A DNA stretch of 63,005 bases, counting the filler, from Chiloscyllium plagiosum (lineage: Eukaryota), in assembly GCF_004010195.1 (NCBI RefSeq). It is 4 parts of one record of this genome, joined end to end, with 100 filler letters (N's around TTAATTAATTAA, not from the genome) between each part and the next. Parts side by side here need not be neighbours in the genome. Positions count along the whole stretch, not along the records: positions 1 to 27,090 come from NC_057714.1; positions 27,191 to 38,334 come from NC_057714.1; 2 more parts are not named here. One strand, given 5' to 3'. The translations under genes were made by a program, and so were the position numbers. Positions 25,030 to 38,334 of the stretch are shown here, in pieces (within the stretch, counting starts at the first letter, position 1; every line of letters begins with the position of its first letter). The notes under the pieces were generated by a model. The model was given only the letters and a program-made list of their open reading frames with translations, was not told the origin of the DNA and made no database searches.

Positions 25030-26807
25030 ACTTCAAAACATCTGAAGTCTGTAAACGTTTTGACGCCTCACTAGGTGACATCATCAGTGCATCTTTGATA
25101 AGGTATTGGTGATCTGACCCACCTGGTACTTATGTGCTCTGTTTGTTGGTATTTCTGGTTCTTTATCTGAGTGGTTTGTATTCAGGGTCCTGTTCAATGT
25201 GTTTATTGATTAAGTTCCATTTAGAACACTCGGCTTCAAGGAATACTCTGGCCTGTTTCTGTTCAGCCTATGTAGGATGGTTACATTGTTCTAGTTGAAT
25301 TGATGTCCTTCATTGTCTGTGTGGTTGGAAATGAGAGAGTACTAGTTGTGTCTGGCAGTGGCGAGTTAATGATTATGCATTTGTATGGTCAGTTTTCTTC
25401 CTATTTGTCCTGTGTAGTGATTTTCACAGTCCTTGCAGAGCACCTTGTAGATAACATTGGTGCTGCTGAGTGTGGGTGTTGGATCTTTAAACTTTGTGAG
25501 GAACTGGTGGAAGGTTTGTGGACACTACGTTTCCCAGAGTAGTCGTGTGGTTATCTTTGATATGTCTTTGATGTACGGTATGGTCACTATTGTGTCTGGT
25601 CATGAAGTGCTCTCTTCTTTGGGTTTGTCTCGTTAAGTACTGGAGGGTAGTGCACTTGGGGTACCTGTTTTGTTTAAATCCTTTGAATAGGTGTTCCTGT
25701 TCTGCCTGCTGCTGTGTGCTCTTGCCCATTTAAATAATGTCCTAATACAGCTCTGCTTGTGGGTGCTGGGGTGGTTGCTGTTATAATTCAGTATCTGGTC
25801 AGTACAGGTGTTCTTCCTGTACACAGTGGTCTGGAGTTCCCTGGTAGGGGTGCATTCCACTAATATGTCCAGTGTTACAGTATGGCAGTGAACCTTTCTA
25901 CTAATTAACCCAAACACCCAGAAAAGCTCACCTTGCCTCATACTCTGTTAAAATATGAGTGACAGAGAACTCCCAAATTCCACTATTTAAAGAAAATAAT
26001 ATCAATTTATTCTTTAGCTTTAAAAGTGAACATTAAACAAAAACTACTCACAACTCCAAGCCCCCCTTTCTCTTAACTGCTTATTATCTGCCTCCAACTC
26101 TATAACAATATGCTGTTCCAATTAAACACATTAAAATTATATCAACTTAATTCAAAATCACACAGCCGCTGTTGTCTTCAGCTTTTTTCTTCCTGCTAAG
26201 AACTTCCTGGGTCGTCCTCTTTCTTTTTACTGCGAATATGTTCCATGTGAAAAGGTACTTTTGATTGAGCATATTCCCCAATTTCTTGGGTCTCTTTCTC
26301 TCTTGATGGCAGTTGGTCTCTCTCCAATCTTCAAAATATCTGCATTGTTAAATCCCCAAAATTGGATCGTCTCATTGGTTTGATGTTGGCAAAGCCATAA
26401 ATTCAAACTCGATTGGGTTTTAGTATCCTGGGGCATAATTTAAACTGATTGGTTAAATTGTTGTCAGAACAGCAACCAACTCAGGTATCCATTTCACAGC
26501 CAAATGTTACGTATTTTCAATTTTCCAGTACACTCTGAGACTGCCATCTAGTCATATACACAGGGGCTTGTAAGCTCTCAGTTCAGGACAGCATTCACTC
26601 TCTCTTAAAGGTACAGTACAAACCTTCAACTTCATAACACCAGGAAGGGAGTCTGCTGTTTTCCTCTTCTTTAGTGAACTTTATTCCAGTGAGCATGTTA
26701 TTGTTGTGGTGATGGGTTTCTTCCAGCTCTGTACATTTAATGATGATCTACGTTCTGAATCATCTACATTCTGGATCCAGAGTTTAGGTTGGATGGTAGG
26801 GAGGGCT
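25030..26807 (-). mobile_element. Penelope-like element family D (RT to GIY-YIG), split by a solo LTR
   Basis: Contains LPTIQPKLWIQNVDD, LPF|LDILVE and TTVYRKNTCTDQILNYNSNHP..HKQSCIRTLF. Degenerate HHR at 25051-25090. Confidence 0.85.
25873..26639 (-). mobile_element. Solo LTR (Gypsy-like), 767 bp, 4-bp TSD
   Basis: Termini are TGTTA...TAACA. ccag occurs at 25869-25872 and 26640-26643. Removing it rejoins the PLE RT frame. AATAAA lies on the minus strand near 26010. Confidence 0.82.
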
Positions 26808-27090
26808 AGGAGAAAGTGAGGACTGCAGATGCTGGAGACCAGAGTTGAAAAGTGTGGTGCTGGAAAAGTGCAGCAGGCCAGGCAGCATCCAAGGAGCAGG
26901 AGAATCGACGTTTCAGGCATAAGCCCTTCTTCAGGAATGAGGCTGGGGTGCCAAGTGGGCTGAGATAAAAGGTGGGGCGGCGGGAGTTTGGGGGAGGGGC
27001 GCTGGGAAATGATAGGTGGAAGGAGGTGAGGGTGAGAGTGATAGGCCGGAGAGGGGGTGGGGACGGAGAGGTCAGGAAGAAGATTGCAGG
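26808..27090 (-). mobile_element. PLE family A 3' end with HHR motif at 26903-26937, running into a gap
   Basis: Minus strand reads ttc CTGAAGA a GGGC ttat GCCT GAAA CG TC gat. Confidence 0.85.
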
Positions 27091-27190
27091 NNNNNNNNNN
27101 NNNNNNNNNNNNNNNNNNNNNNNNNNNNNNNNNNTTAATTAATTAANNNNNNNNNNNNNNNNNNNNNNNNNNNNNNNNNNNNNNNNNNNN
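27091..27190. other. Artificial scaffolding linker N44-TTAATTAATTAA-N44 (also 38335-38434 and 52020-52119)
   Basis: The identical 100-nt construct occurs three times, and the 12-mer has stops in all six frames. Confidence 0.95.
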
Positions 27191-27505
27191 GTGTGGGGAT
27201 GGTCAGTGGGGCCGGAGCAGTGTGGAGACGATCAGTGAGTCCAGAGCGATATGGGGATGGTCAGTGGGGCTGGAGTGGTGTAGGTACGTTCAGTGGGCTG
27301 GAGCAGTGTGGGGATGGTCAGTGGGGCCAGAGCGGTGAGGGTACGGTCAGTGTGACTGGAACTTTGTGAGGATGGTCAGTGTGGCTTGAGCAGTGTGGGG
27401 ATGGTCAGTGGGGCCGGAGCAGAGTGGGGTGGTCAGTGGAGCCGGAGTGAGGTGGGGTGGTCAGTGGGGCTGGAGTTGGGTTGGTCAGTGGGGCTGGAGC
27501 GAAGA
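27191..27505 (+). repeat. G-rich minisatellite, about 29-bp unit, about 11 copies
   Basis: Unit resembles gtgtggggatggtcagtggggccggagca. Confidence 0.9.
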
Positions 27506-28539
27506 TGGCTACTGGTTGGGAACCACTGGAGCCTGGTCAGACCTCATGGAAGGCCTTATCGGAACACTACATTGTCTATGTTTTTAGTTTTATGTCTTAT
27601 TTTCCTAACATATACTAATATATATACCAGATATTATGTATACTGGTAATGTAGGGCAACCTTTTTCTTTATTTCTTTGGTTTTTCTACCTGAGATCTGT
27701 GTCTAGGTACTTTGCATCTAAGATGGTGCTGTGTAGTTTGTCACTGTACTTCTGTCCTTTCTTAAGCTGAGTATACGGGACAATAAACCTAATTCCAAAT
27801 TCCAAATACAGGGAAGCAGGAGCAGAAGTTAGTAAAAAATCTCTGATGGCCCCGAAAACTGTGATAAAATCCTGAATTTAGAAAGGGAGGATTGTAAATT
27901 GCATACTGTATCACACACTTTGCATCCCGTTATCTTTAGTTATTTTTAGTTAACTGCAGACAGGAGCTCCTTTCTGTGTAATTATTCTCTTTTGTTTGAA
28001 TGTACATCATATGAAGGTCCAAGGTGCCTTTGAATTATTTGTCCAATTGTTCCAAAGCCATCTGTGTTATTCTTAAAACCAGGCAGCCATGGTGAAGTAT
28101 TATTTTTAAGGCACACACGTGTACAGGGCTGTCCGTTAGATTGATAGCTATGCAGGAAATAATTAACAAAACAATACTGAGATAGGAATTTGCAGGCCCT
28201 CATCAGAGCAATGTATTCACATTATCTTCATTCACATGAGATAAAGAACTACTGTCACTCCTGACAACTTCAATAAATTGAATTTCTTCGAGCTAAATCC
28301 AGTAATTCTAATAATTCTAGTGTTAACAAAATGCTGTCAATCTCATTTTGTACAGAAAAACTGAGTCGGATTACTAGATAGACTACATTCACCAGTTTAG
28401 AACTGAAAAGGTACATTTCAATTTCAACCTTCCCCATTTCAGTGGCATTCCTCCTCCAGCATTGCTTTTAGTTCAGAGATGCCCTTCTTGAGGAGTCACA
28501 CAGGAGAGACACTTTAACAAGGAGTTTCAGCAGTTATAA

Positions 28540-29300
28540 TCATAGTCATACTGACATGCAGCATGGAAACAGATCCTTCGGTCCAACTCATCCATGCCGA
28601 CCAGATATCCCAACCCAATCTAGTCCCACTTGCCAGCACTTGGCCTATATCCCTCTAAACCCTTCCTATTCATATACCCATCCAGATGATTTTTAAATGC
28701 TGTAATTGTACCAGCCTCCACCACTTCTTCTGGCAGCTCATTCCATACACACACTACCCTCTGTGTGAAAAAGTTGCCCTTTAGGTCCCTCTCACCCAAA
28801 ACCATTCACCCTATCCATGCCTCACATGATCTAATAAAGCTCTATAAGGTTCCCCCTCAGTCTCCTATGCTCTAAAGAAAAAGGTCCTAGCTTGTCCAAC
28901 CTCTCCCTATAACTCAGACCCTTGAGTCCTGGCAACTTCCTTGTAAATTTCTTCCTTGTAAATTTCTTCCAGTTTAATATTATCATTCTTACAGCAAGGT
29001 GACCAAAACTGAGCACAATACTCCAAGTGCAGCCTCAGCAACATCCTGTATAATTGCAACATAACTTCCCAACTTCTATACTCAGTGCCCTGACTGATGA
29101 AGGCCAGTGTGCCAAAAGCCTTCTTCACTGCCCTGTCTACCTGGGACTCCACTTTCAGAGAATTGTGAACTTGAACCCCAAGGTCCCTCTGTTCCACTAC
29201 CCTCCTTAAGGCCCTACCATTCACCACGAAACTCTCACCTCGATTTGACTTTCCAAAATGCAAGACCTCACACTTATCTATATTAAACTCCATTTACCAT
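28540..29300 (-). mobile_element. CR1 3' fragment
   Basis: ORF 28907..29293 contains MEFNIDKCEVLHFG...LEYCAQFWSP. Confidence 0.9.
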
Positions 29301-29304
29301 TTAG

Positions 29305-29680
29305 CATTTTAATCCCGAGACCCAAGTAATGTTCTGTTATGTGGTAGACGGTTGAATTTGAATTCAATAAAAAACTGGAGTTAAGAGTGAAAAAGAAAAC
29401 TGCTGGAAATCACAGCAATTGCTCCCTCTCTCCACAGATGCTGTCTGACCAGCTGTGAGGCTTATGTTTTGTTTTCAGTACGGATCCCAGGCCCTGCAGC
29501 AATCTGCTCCTATCTGGAATTAAGAATGTAATGATGACAATCAAATTGTTGTCAATATCATCTGGCTCACTTATGTCCTATCGGGAAGGAAATCTACCCT
29601 CCCTTACCTGGTCTGGCCTACATGTGACTCTTGACCCTCAGCAATGTGCTGCTTATCTCTTCACTGCCTCCAGGAAAAGA
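29305..29680 (+). mobile_element. SINE-B fragment containing a family C PLE-terminus remnant
   Basis: gagacccaagtaatgttctg and ccttacctggtctggcctacatgtgactc. The insert lies at about 29390-29510. Confidence 0.6.
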
Positions 29681-30450
29681 ACAAAGAACAAAGAAAACTT
29701 ACAGCCCAGGAACAGGCCCTTCGGCCCTCCAAGCCTTTCCTGATCCAACTCCACTGTCTAAACCTGTCGTCCAATTCTTAAGGATCTGTATCCCTCAGCT
29801 CCCCACCTACTCATGCATCTGTCCAGATGCACCTTAAGTGAATCTACCGTGCCTGCCTCTACCACCTCTGCTGGCAATGCGTTCCAGGCACCTACCACCC
29901 TCTGTGCAAAGTACTTTCCACATGTATCCCCCTTAAACTTTTCACCTCTCACCTTGAATGCATGACCGCTCGTTATTGAATCCCTCACCTTGGGAAAAAA
30001 CTTATCTCCCTTCACCCTGTCTATACCCATGATGATTTTGTAAACCTCAATCAGGTCCCCCCTAAATCTCCTTTTTTTCTAGTGAAAACAATCCTAACCT
30101 ACTCAACCTCTCTTCATAGCTAGCACCTTCCATCCCAGGCAACATCCTCGTAAACCTTCTCTGCACCGTCTCCAAAGCACCCTCATCCTTTTGGTAATGT
30201 GGTGACCAGAACTGTACACAGTATTCTGAATGCAGCAGAACCGAAGTCTTGTACAATTTTAACATGACTTGCCAGCTCTTATACTCAATACCCCGTCCAA
30301 TGAGGGCAAGCATAATATGTGCTTTCTTGACAACTCTATCCACCTGTGCAGCAACCTTCAGGGTACAATGGACCTGCACTCCCAGATCTCTCTGCCCATC
30401 AACTTTTCCCAAGACTCTTCCATGTACAGTATAGTTCGCTCTAGAATTAG
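29680..30450 (-). mobile_element. CR1 3' fragment
   Basis: ORFs 30062..30499 and 29758..30030. Confidence 0.9.
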
Positions 30451-31089
30451 ACTTCTCGGGGTAATTAGGGGTGAGCAATAAAGCCAATGCCAATAACATC
30501 TTGTGAATAAACTACGATAAAAGATACAAGCTGAGCTATTTCCCATTTCCCACATTATAGCAGTGAGCTGACAGTGTGAAGGGAAGTTGCCAATTGCTTA
30601 ATACGTGGGGAAACGATAACCTTATAGGTTCAATTCTCTGATGCTAATTTAGAGTGCAATTGGGCATTGGGAAAGCTGGCAAGCTGATAGTATTGGTGTC
30701 TTTCATTTTGGGCTGGTGACTGAGCTAGCTGCCTGTTTCACAATCACTTGCAGATTTCCCCACACTGCAAATGAGCAAGGGACATAACAGCTCTGTCAAA
30801 ATCCTCAAATGCTGATATTTTCAATACATTCTCAGAGCTGGCAGTTGAACTGTGATTTAGTGATTAACATTTTCACTGAGGGAGAAAGCTATGAGTTCAC
30901 ATTCTACTGCAGGGCACCACTGAGGGAGTGCTGCATTGTCTGAGGCATTGTCTTTTGGAAGAGGCAGTAAACAGAGGAATTCACAAGTCGCAGTACGGTA
31001 AGACAAACTCCCCAAACCTGCGGCAATGACTTTGGGACAGGCAGATGTTTCTGGCTCATTGTTTGCAGATAGAGTCGAAGCAAAGAACA

Positions 31090-31870
31090 ACAGCTTCAAC
31101 TGCTTCATCAACGACCTTCCCTCCATCATAAGGCCAGAAGTGGGGATGTTCACCGATGATTGCACAATGTTCAGCACTATTCGCGACTCTTCAGATACTG
31201 AAACAGTCCATGTTCAAATGCAACAAGATCTGGACAATATCCAGGCTTGGGCTGACAAGTGACAAGTGCCACACAAATGCCAGGCAATGACCATCACCAG
31301 TAAGAGATTCTAATCACCGCCCCTTGACATTCAATGTTCCCATCACTGAATCCCCCACTGTTATCATCCTGGGGTTATCATTGACCAGAAACTCAAGTGG
31401 ACTCACCACATAAACACAGTGGCTACAAGAGCAGGTCAGAAGTTAGGAATACTGTAGGGAGTAACTCACCTCCTGACTCCTCAAAACCTGTCCACTACCT
31501 ACAAGGCACAAGGCAGGAGGGTGATGGAATACTCCCCACTTGCCTGGATGGGGGCAGCTCCAACAACACTCAAGAAGCTTGATGCCATTCAGGACAAAGC
31601 AGCCCGTTTGATTGGCACCACATCTGCAAGTATCCACTCCCTCCACCACCGACACTCAGTAGCAGCAGTGTGTACTATCTATAAGATGCAATGCAGAAAT
31701 TCACCAAAGACCCTCAGACAACACCTTCCAAACCCACGATCACTTCCATCCAGAAGGACAAGGGCAGCAGATACATGGGAACACCACTCCCTGCAAATTC
31801 CCCTCCAAGCCACTCACCATCCTGACTTGGGAATGTATCACGTTTCCTTCATTGTTGTTGGATCAAAGTC
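31090..31870 (+). mobile_element. LINE family 2 RT and C-terminal fragment
   Basis: FNCFINDLPS..MFTDDCTMF and MEYSPLAWMGAAPTTLKKLDAIQDKAARLIG. Confidence 0.88.
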
Positions 31871-32477
31871 CAATTAGTGGTGTTCCCATGCGTCTGCTCC
31901 CCTTGTCCTTCTGAGCAGTAATGGTCACGGGTTTGGAAGGTACTACCATTGTGATTCCCAAAGTGCAGGCTGGAATGAGCTAAAGTGATCCTGGCTATTT
32001 ACCTGAACCTCAAAATATCATCCTAACTACTTTGAGGAAGAATTTGTGGAAGTGTTGTGGATGAATGGCTTAATGTAGCAAGTTGTGATCCAGGATTTAT
32101 TGATGCACTGCTTGACAGGTGGATGAAACAGATTTCATAGTTACCTCTGGGACAGAACTGGTTAAGAACTATTAAAAAATGGGAAAGTTGGCTGAACTAT
32201 GCAGAAAGAGCCAGGGAGAGAATCTCATTGGGTAAATTCATGCAAAGATCAGACAGACGCATGGAGGACTGACTGGGATCCTGCCCTGCTGTAACATTCT
32301 GTGATTTTATAAAGTGTTGTGAGCGAAATGAAATAACGTTAGATTTTACTTCTTCAAAATTCAAATTATGTGGAATCTTCCTGTACAGAAACAAGCCATT
32401 CAGCCCAACTAGCCTGTTCTGGTATTTATGATCTCTAAATAATTCCTATCATTTATTTCATTTTTGCAGAATAACAA

Positions 32478-32790
32478 GCGACATGGTGGCTCAGTGGTTA
32501 GCACTGCTGCCTCACAGCACCAGGGTTCAATTCCAGCTTCAGGCGACTGTCTGTGTGGAGTTTGCACGTTGTCTGCATAGGTTTCCACCGGGTGCTCTGG
32601 TTTCCTCCCACAGTCCAAAAATGTGCACGTCAGGTGAATTGGCCATGCTAAATTGCCCATAGTGTTATGTGCATTAGTCAGCATAAATATAGGGTAGGGG
32701 AATGGGTCTGGGTGGGTTACTCTTCGGAGGGTTGGTGTGGACTTGTTGGGCCGAAGGGCCTGTTTTCATAGGGTAGGGAATTTAATCTAA
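32478..32790 (+). mobile_element. HE1-like V-SINE
   Basis: tRNA head, V core and CR1-like tail. Confidence 0.9.
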
Positions 32791-33189
32791 AATCTGCTAT
32801 TTATTTCCCCCTTATCTGTTCATCTAGTTCTTTCTTAAATGCATGCATGTTATTCAAAATATTTCTAGCTGAAATAGGCCATTTGGTCCATCAGGTCAAA
32901 GATAGTACTTTGCAACATTTGCAGGATGTATTGTAACGGGAATATCATTGAACCATTGACCTCGAGGTCCCGGTGAATACTCCAGGGCATGGATTTAAAT
33001 CCGGCTGGTGGAATTAAGAATTTCAGAATAAAATCTGAATGAGGAGTCTTGTGTGCGCAGTGGTAGGGTCCCTACACCTGGGCAATAGAAACAGTGTCAA
33101 ATTTCACTTGTTCCCAGATGTGCCATAACATCTCTTAGCAGATAGATTTTTTTTAAAAAAAGATACTTACTCTGAGGACGACCAGCAAC

Positions 33190-33900
33190 AGGGAGTGTTG
33201 CTGAACAAAGAGACCTTGGAGTGCAGGTTCATAGCTCCTTGAAAGTGGAGTCGCAGGAAGATGGAATAGTGAAGAAGGCGTTTGTTATGCTTTCCTTTAT
33301 TGGTCAGAGTTTGGGAGGTCATGTTGCAGTTGTACAGGACATTGGTTAGGCCACTGTTGGAATATTGTGTGCAATTCTGGTCTCCTTCCTAACGGAAAGA
33401 TGTTGTGAAACTTGAAAGGGTTCAGAAAAGATTTACAAGAATGTTGCCAGGATTGGAGGATTTGAGCTATAGGGAAAGGCCGAAGAGGCTGGGGCATTTT
33501 TCCCTGGAGCGTCAGAGGCTGAAGGGTGACCTTATAAGGTTTATAAAATCATGAGGGGCATGGATAGGATAAATAGACAAAGTCTTTTCCCTGGGGTGAG
33601 GGAGTCCAGAGCTAAAGGTCATATGTTTAGGGTGAGACGGGAAAGATATAAAAGAGACCTAAGAGGCAACGTTTTCACACAGAGGGTGGTGTGTGTATGG
33701 AATGAGCTGCCAGAGGAAGTGGTGGAGGCTGGTACAATTACAACATTTAAAAGGCATCTGGATGGGTATATGAATAGGAAGGGTTTGGAGGGATATGGGC
33801 CGGGTACTGGCAGGTGGGACTAGATTGGGTTGGGATATCTGGTCGGCATGGATGAGTTAGACCAAAGGGTTTTTGTGCTGTACATTTCTATGACTCTATG
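33190..33900 (+). mobile_element. CR1 (HER1-like) 3' fragment
   Basis: ORF 33551..33823 and a ctatgactctatg tail. Confidence 0.92.
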
Positions 33901-34300
33901 AGTCATCGAATCCTACAGCACGGAGGCAGGCCCTTTGGCCCAAACTGGTCCATGCCGACCAAAATGTCCATCCACACTAACCCCATTTCCCTACACTTCA
34001 CTCATATCCTTCTAAACCTTTCCTCTCCATGTATTTGTCCAAATGTCTTTTAAATGATGTTAATGTACCCGTCTCAACCACTTCCGCTGACAGCTCATCC
34101 TACATTCCTCTGTTTAAAAATGTTACCCCTCAGGTTCCCATTTATTCTTTCCCCTCTAACTTTAAACTGATGCTCTCTAGTCCTCAATTCTCCAAACTGG
34201 GAAAAGTACTGAGTGCATTCACCCCGTCCATGCCTCTCATGATATAATACACCTCTGTAAGGTCACCCTTCAGTCTCCTACGCTCTAAAGAAAAATGTCA
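33900..34300 (-). mobile_element. CR1 3' fragment, tail-to-tail with the preceding copy
   Basis: Junction tgactctatgagtca. Confidence 0.85.
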
Positions 34301-34654
34301 TGGTCCTCATAAAAAAGAATAAGATCGGGAACATAAGTCTACTGTTAGGAATAATGACCATCAATTATTAGAAAAATCTGTCTCTGTCACTAGGGATGGA
34401 ATTTTGCTCTCCTTCCCTAGCTATATGTGACTCCAGACCCACAGCAACATGGTTGACTCTTAATTGTCCTCTGGAGTGGCTGAACAAGACTTCTCAGTTC
34501 TAGTGCAATTAGGGATGGACTAAGAAATGTTAGCCTAGCCATTGAGACCCACACAAAAAAAAATGAATCTCCTGCCATCTAACCCTGTTAGCATTTCTCT
34601 TCAGGCTTCCTCCAACTACAAACGCATGTCTCAACTACTCAACATGCAATGACG

Positions 34655-34750
34655 TATTCTGAGGAACGGTCACTCGACCTGAGAGGTTAACTCTGATTTC
34701 TCTCCACAGATGCTGCCAGACCTGCTGAGTTTTTCCAGCAATTTCTGTTC
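34655..34750 (+). mobile_element. PLE-type family C terminus with degenerate HHR
   Basis: tt CTGAGGA a cGGTC actc GACCt GAGA GG TT aa, then gatgctgccagacctgctgag. Confidence 0.6.
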
Positions 34751-34974
34751 AGGCAGGATCGATCTCCTCTATTCATGTTTCATACATTACAGTGGCGGCT
34801 GCTTTCTCGTGACACTTCCCCTCGAGACGTCCCGAGGTCTCGAAAGGTGCCACACTAATGCAAGTCGTTCGTTTTTCCCCTGAAATTGTCTCACAAAAAG
34901 TGTTTCTAAAATAAATGTCAAATCTTTACCAAGGTCGGTTATTCATTTGGGAATGTGAGCGATGCAGAACTTAA

Positions 34975-35850
34975 AGAATCATAGAGTCATATAAGCTTGG
35001 AAACAGGCCCTTCGGTCCAAACAGTCCGTGCCGAACATAATCTCAAATTAAACTAGTCCCACCTGCCTTCACCTCACCCATGTCCCTTCAAACATTTCTT
35101 ATTCATGTCCTTATCCAAATATCTTTTAAACGCTGTAATTATACCCACATCCATTACTTCCTCTGGATGTTCATTCTGCACATGAACCATTCTCTGTGTA
35201 GAAGAAATGCCCTCTTATCTTTTCTAAATCTTTCTCCTCTCACCTTAAAAATATGCCCCCGGTCTTGAAATCCCCCACCCGAGGAAAAAGACACCAACCA
35301 TTCACCTTATCTATATCCCTTAGATGTTATAAACCTCGATAAGGTCAGCTAGAGACATGGACAGGATGGAAACAGATCCTTTGGTCCAACTTGTCCATGC
35401 AGGCCAGATATCCTAAATTAATCTAGTCCCATTTACCAGCATTTAGCTTATATTTCTCTAAACCTTTCCTATTCATATACCCATCCAGATGCCTTTTAAA
35501 TGTTGCAGTTGTACGAGCCTCCACCACTTCCTCTGGCAGCTCATTCCATACACGCACCACCCTCTGTGTGAAAAAGTTGTCCCTTAGGTCCCTTTTATAT
35601 CTTTGCCCTCTCACCTAAAATTTATGCACTCTAGTTTTGTGCTCCCCCACCCCAGGGAAAAGTCCTCCTACTCTCCAGGGAAAAAAGTCACAGCCTATCC
35701 AGCTTTTCTTTATAATTCAACCCTCCATTCCTGGCAACATCCTGGGAAATCTCCTCTGAGCCCTCTCCAGTTTTAATAGTATCCTTCCCATAGCAGGGCG
35801 ACCAGAACTGCACACAGTACTCCAGAAGAGGTCTCATCAATGTCCTGAGT
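34975..35850 (-). mobile_element. Two CR1 3' fragments
   Basis: FFTQRVVRVWNELPEEVVEA. Tails near 34980 and 35360. Confidence 0.85.
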
Positions 35851-36475
35851 GTTTATATTCCAGCATTTGGTTGTGACCGACAGGATTGAGTGTTACTGTC
35901 AACGTTTCTGGGGATGGATACCAAATTTCGCAGCCAGTCGATTGACTGTGTGTTCCTCTGTTCATAAATAAGACAGAAGTCTCATTCTACATCAATGTCT
36001 TTGAATGCAGTAGTCTGGGGTCAGCGATATTTCATTCAAGACCCAAGAACCATTTATTCAGTTAGATAACAGGTCTGTCCTACTGATCGCCTGCAAATCG
36101 CTTTGTTAACTGATGTACTCAGGTGGGTAGTTAAAGGTCTTGTCAGTTTCTTTTATCACCCGTCAATCATCAGCCCTACTCCCCCACAGGGAGCACAGTC
36201 ACTGGGTTAGGTTTCTACATGGGAGGGGGAGGATGCTTATTTATTCCTGTCTGGTGCCAACTCAGTGTTGATTTAAAGCCTGGATGTGCAGAACTGCTCA
36301 TTAAGACCATAAGAAATAGGAATGGAAGTAAGGCCATTTGGCCCATCGGGTCCACTCCGCCATTCAATCACAGCTGATGGGCATTTCAATGCCACTTACC
36401 CGTACGCTCCCTGTATCCCTTATTTACTTGCAAGATTAAGGATTTATCAATCCCTGATTAGTTCCTCTGGTAGTT

Positions 36476-36756
36476 GTGTGGAAACAGGCCCTTCGGGCCA
36501 TCCAGTCCACGCCAACCCTCTGAAGAGCAACCCACTCAGACCTATTTTGCTCTGACTAATACACCTAGAACTATGGACAATTTAGCATGGTCATTTCACC
36601 TGACCTGCACATCTTTGGACAGTGGGAGGAAACCGGAGCGCCTGGAGGAAACCCACGGGGACAATGTGCAAACTCCACACAGACGGTCACCCGAGGCTGG
36701 AATCGAACCTGTGACCCTGGTGTTGTGAGGCAGCAGTGCTAACCACTGTGCTGCCC
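36476..36756 (-). mobile_element. HE1-like V-SINE
   Basis: Reverse-complement match to the other HE1 copies. Confidence 0.88.
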
Positions 36757-37393
36757 CCTGTTGATGCTACTTTTTAATTTGCCACAGTGTTCACAACCAC
36801 TATTGAGAAGTGACAATAATCAAAGGGACTAGAATAAGTGTGAAGTAGCAGCTTTCTCTGCTCTAGTTCGGTCTCAGTGATGAGGAAAGGGGTCACTCTT
36901 GTCATATGGGGCTGAGTAAATTGTCTCTGTGTTTGCCCAGAATTCGGAACAATTGATCTCATTGAAGTATACACAACCGTCAAGGGGCTCTGATGGGGTA
37001 GATGCTGAGGGGTTGTTTTCCCTGGCTGGGGATATCTTGAACACTGAGCCACTATCACGGGAGAAAGAGACAATCATTTATGCTGGAGATGAGGAGATAT
37101 CTGGTCATTCTGGACAGGTTGGACCGACTCAATTAGTTCACTGTAAGGACTGTGGAGCTTTGGAATTCTCAGCCCCAGAGAGCTGAGCATCACCCATCAT
37201 TAAATATTTTCAAAACTTAATCGAATCTCAGTCTTCATGTGAACCAAGGGATAGAGGGATAGTTGGGAGAGTGGTGCTCAGGTAGGGGATTAGTGTGGTC
37301 TTATTAAATGGTGGAACAGGCTCGAGGGCTGGAGAGTTATAAGAGATATGTTCTTATCATCTTGTATGTTTTTAAAACCTTAATACACTCTCA

Positions 37394-37672
37394 GAGAATC
37401 CCTACAGTGAAGAACGAGGACACTCGGCCCCTCAAGTTTGTTCCAAAGAGCAACCTACTCTGACCCGCTCCCAATAACCTTACATTTCCCATGGCCAATC
37501 CACTCAACGTGCATAACTTTAGAATGTGGGAGGGAACTGGAGCACTTGCAGGAAGCCCACACAGATACAGGAAGAAAGTACAAATTCTACACAGACAGTT
37601 ACCCAAGACTGGAATTAAACCCAGGGCCCTGCGCTGTGAGGCAGTAGTGCTAACCACTGAGCCATTGCACCA
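37394..37672 (-). mobile_element. HE1-like V-SINE
   Basis: Reverse-complement match, more diverged. Confidence 0.82.
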
Positions 37673-37934
37673 TCACTCATGAAAGTGACTGCAGCCAATC
37701 AGGCCCCACTTCTCATGTTGTATAATTCAGGGTGTTCCCTTTCTCCATGTGTATTTCTACCATCCCCGTCCTGATGAGAGTCTCCTTTCAGCAACAGTTA
37801 AAATGCAAAGCCTCGCACCTTCTTCAATGAATTCTAACAAATTGGCTAAACATGCTTTCGCTTTCACAAAATCATGCCCAGTTGTGGCTGAACTATTGAC
37901 TAATACAGTAAAACCATGCTGAGTCAACCCTGTT

Positions 37935-38334
37935 ATGGAGTTCAACCCTGTCAAGTGTGAGGTTGTCCATTTTGGAAGGACAAATAAGAATGCGGAATAC
38001 AGGGTTAACGGTAGGGTTCTTAGTAAGGTGGAGGAGCAGAGGGATCTTGGGGACTATGTTCATAGATCTTTGAAAGTTGCCACTCAGGTGGATAGAGCTT
38101 GTAAGAAGGCCTATGGTGTATTAGAGTCCATTAGCAGAGGGATTGAATTCAAGACTCGTGAGGTGATGTTGCAGCTGTACAGGACCTCGGTTAGGCCACA
38201 TTTGGAGTACTGTGTGCAGCTCTGGTCGCCTCACTTTAGGAAAGATGTGGAAGCTTTGGAGAGGGTGCAGAGAAGATTTACCAGGATGTTGCCTGAAATG
38301 GAGAATAGGTCGTACGAGGATAGATTGAGAGTGC
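37935..38334 (+). mobile_element. CR1 RT fragment ending at a gap
   Basis: MEFNPVKCEVVHFG...[13 protein letters not shown]. Confidence 0.92.

Noticed and set aside
31875..31945. Structured RNA from an inverted copy of 31725-31790
   Set aside because: It is a diverged fragment of the same abundant LINE, with no evidence of function.
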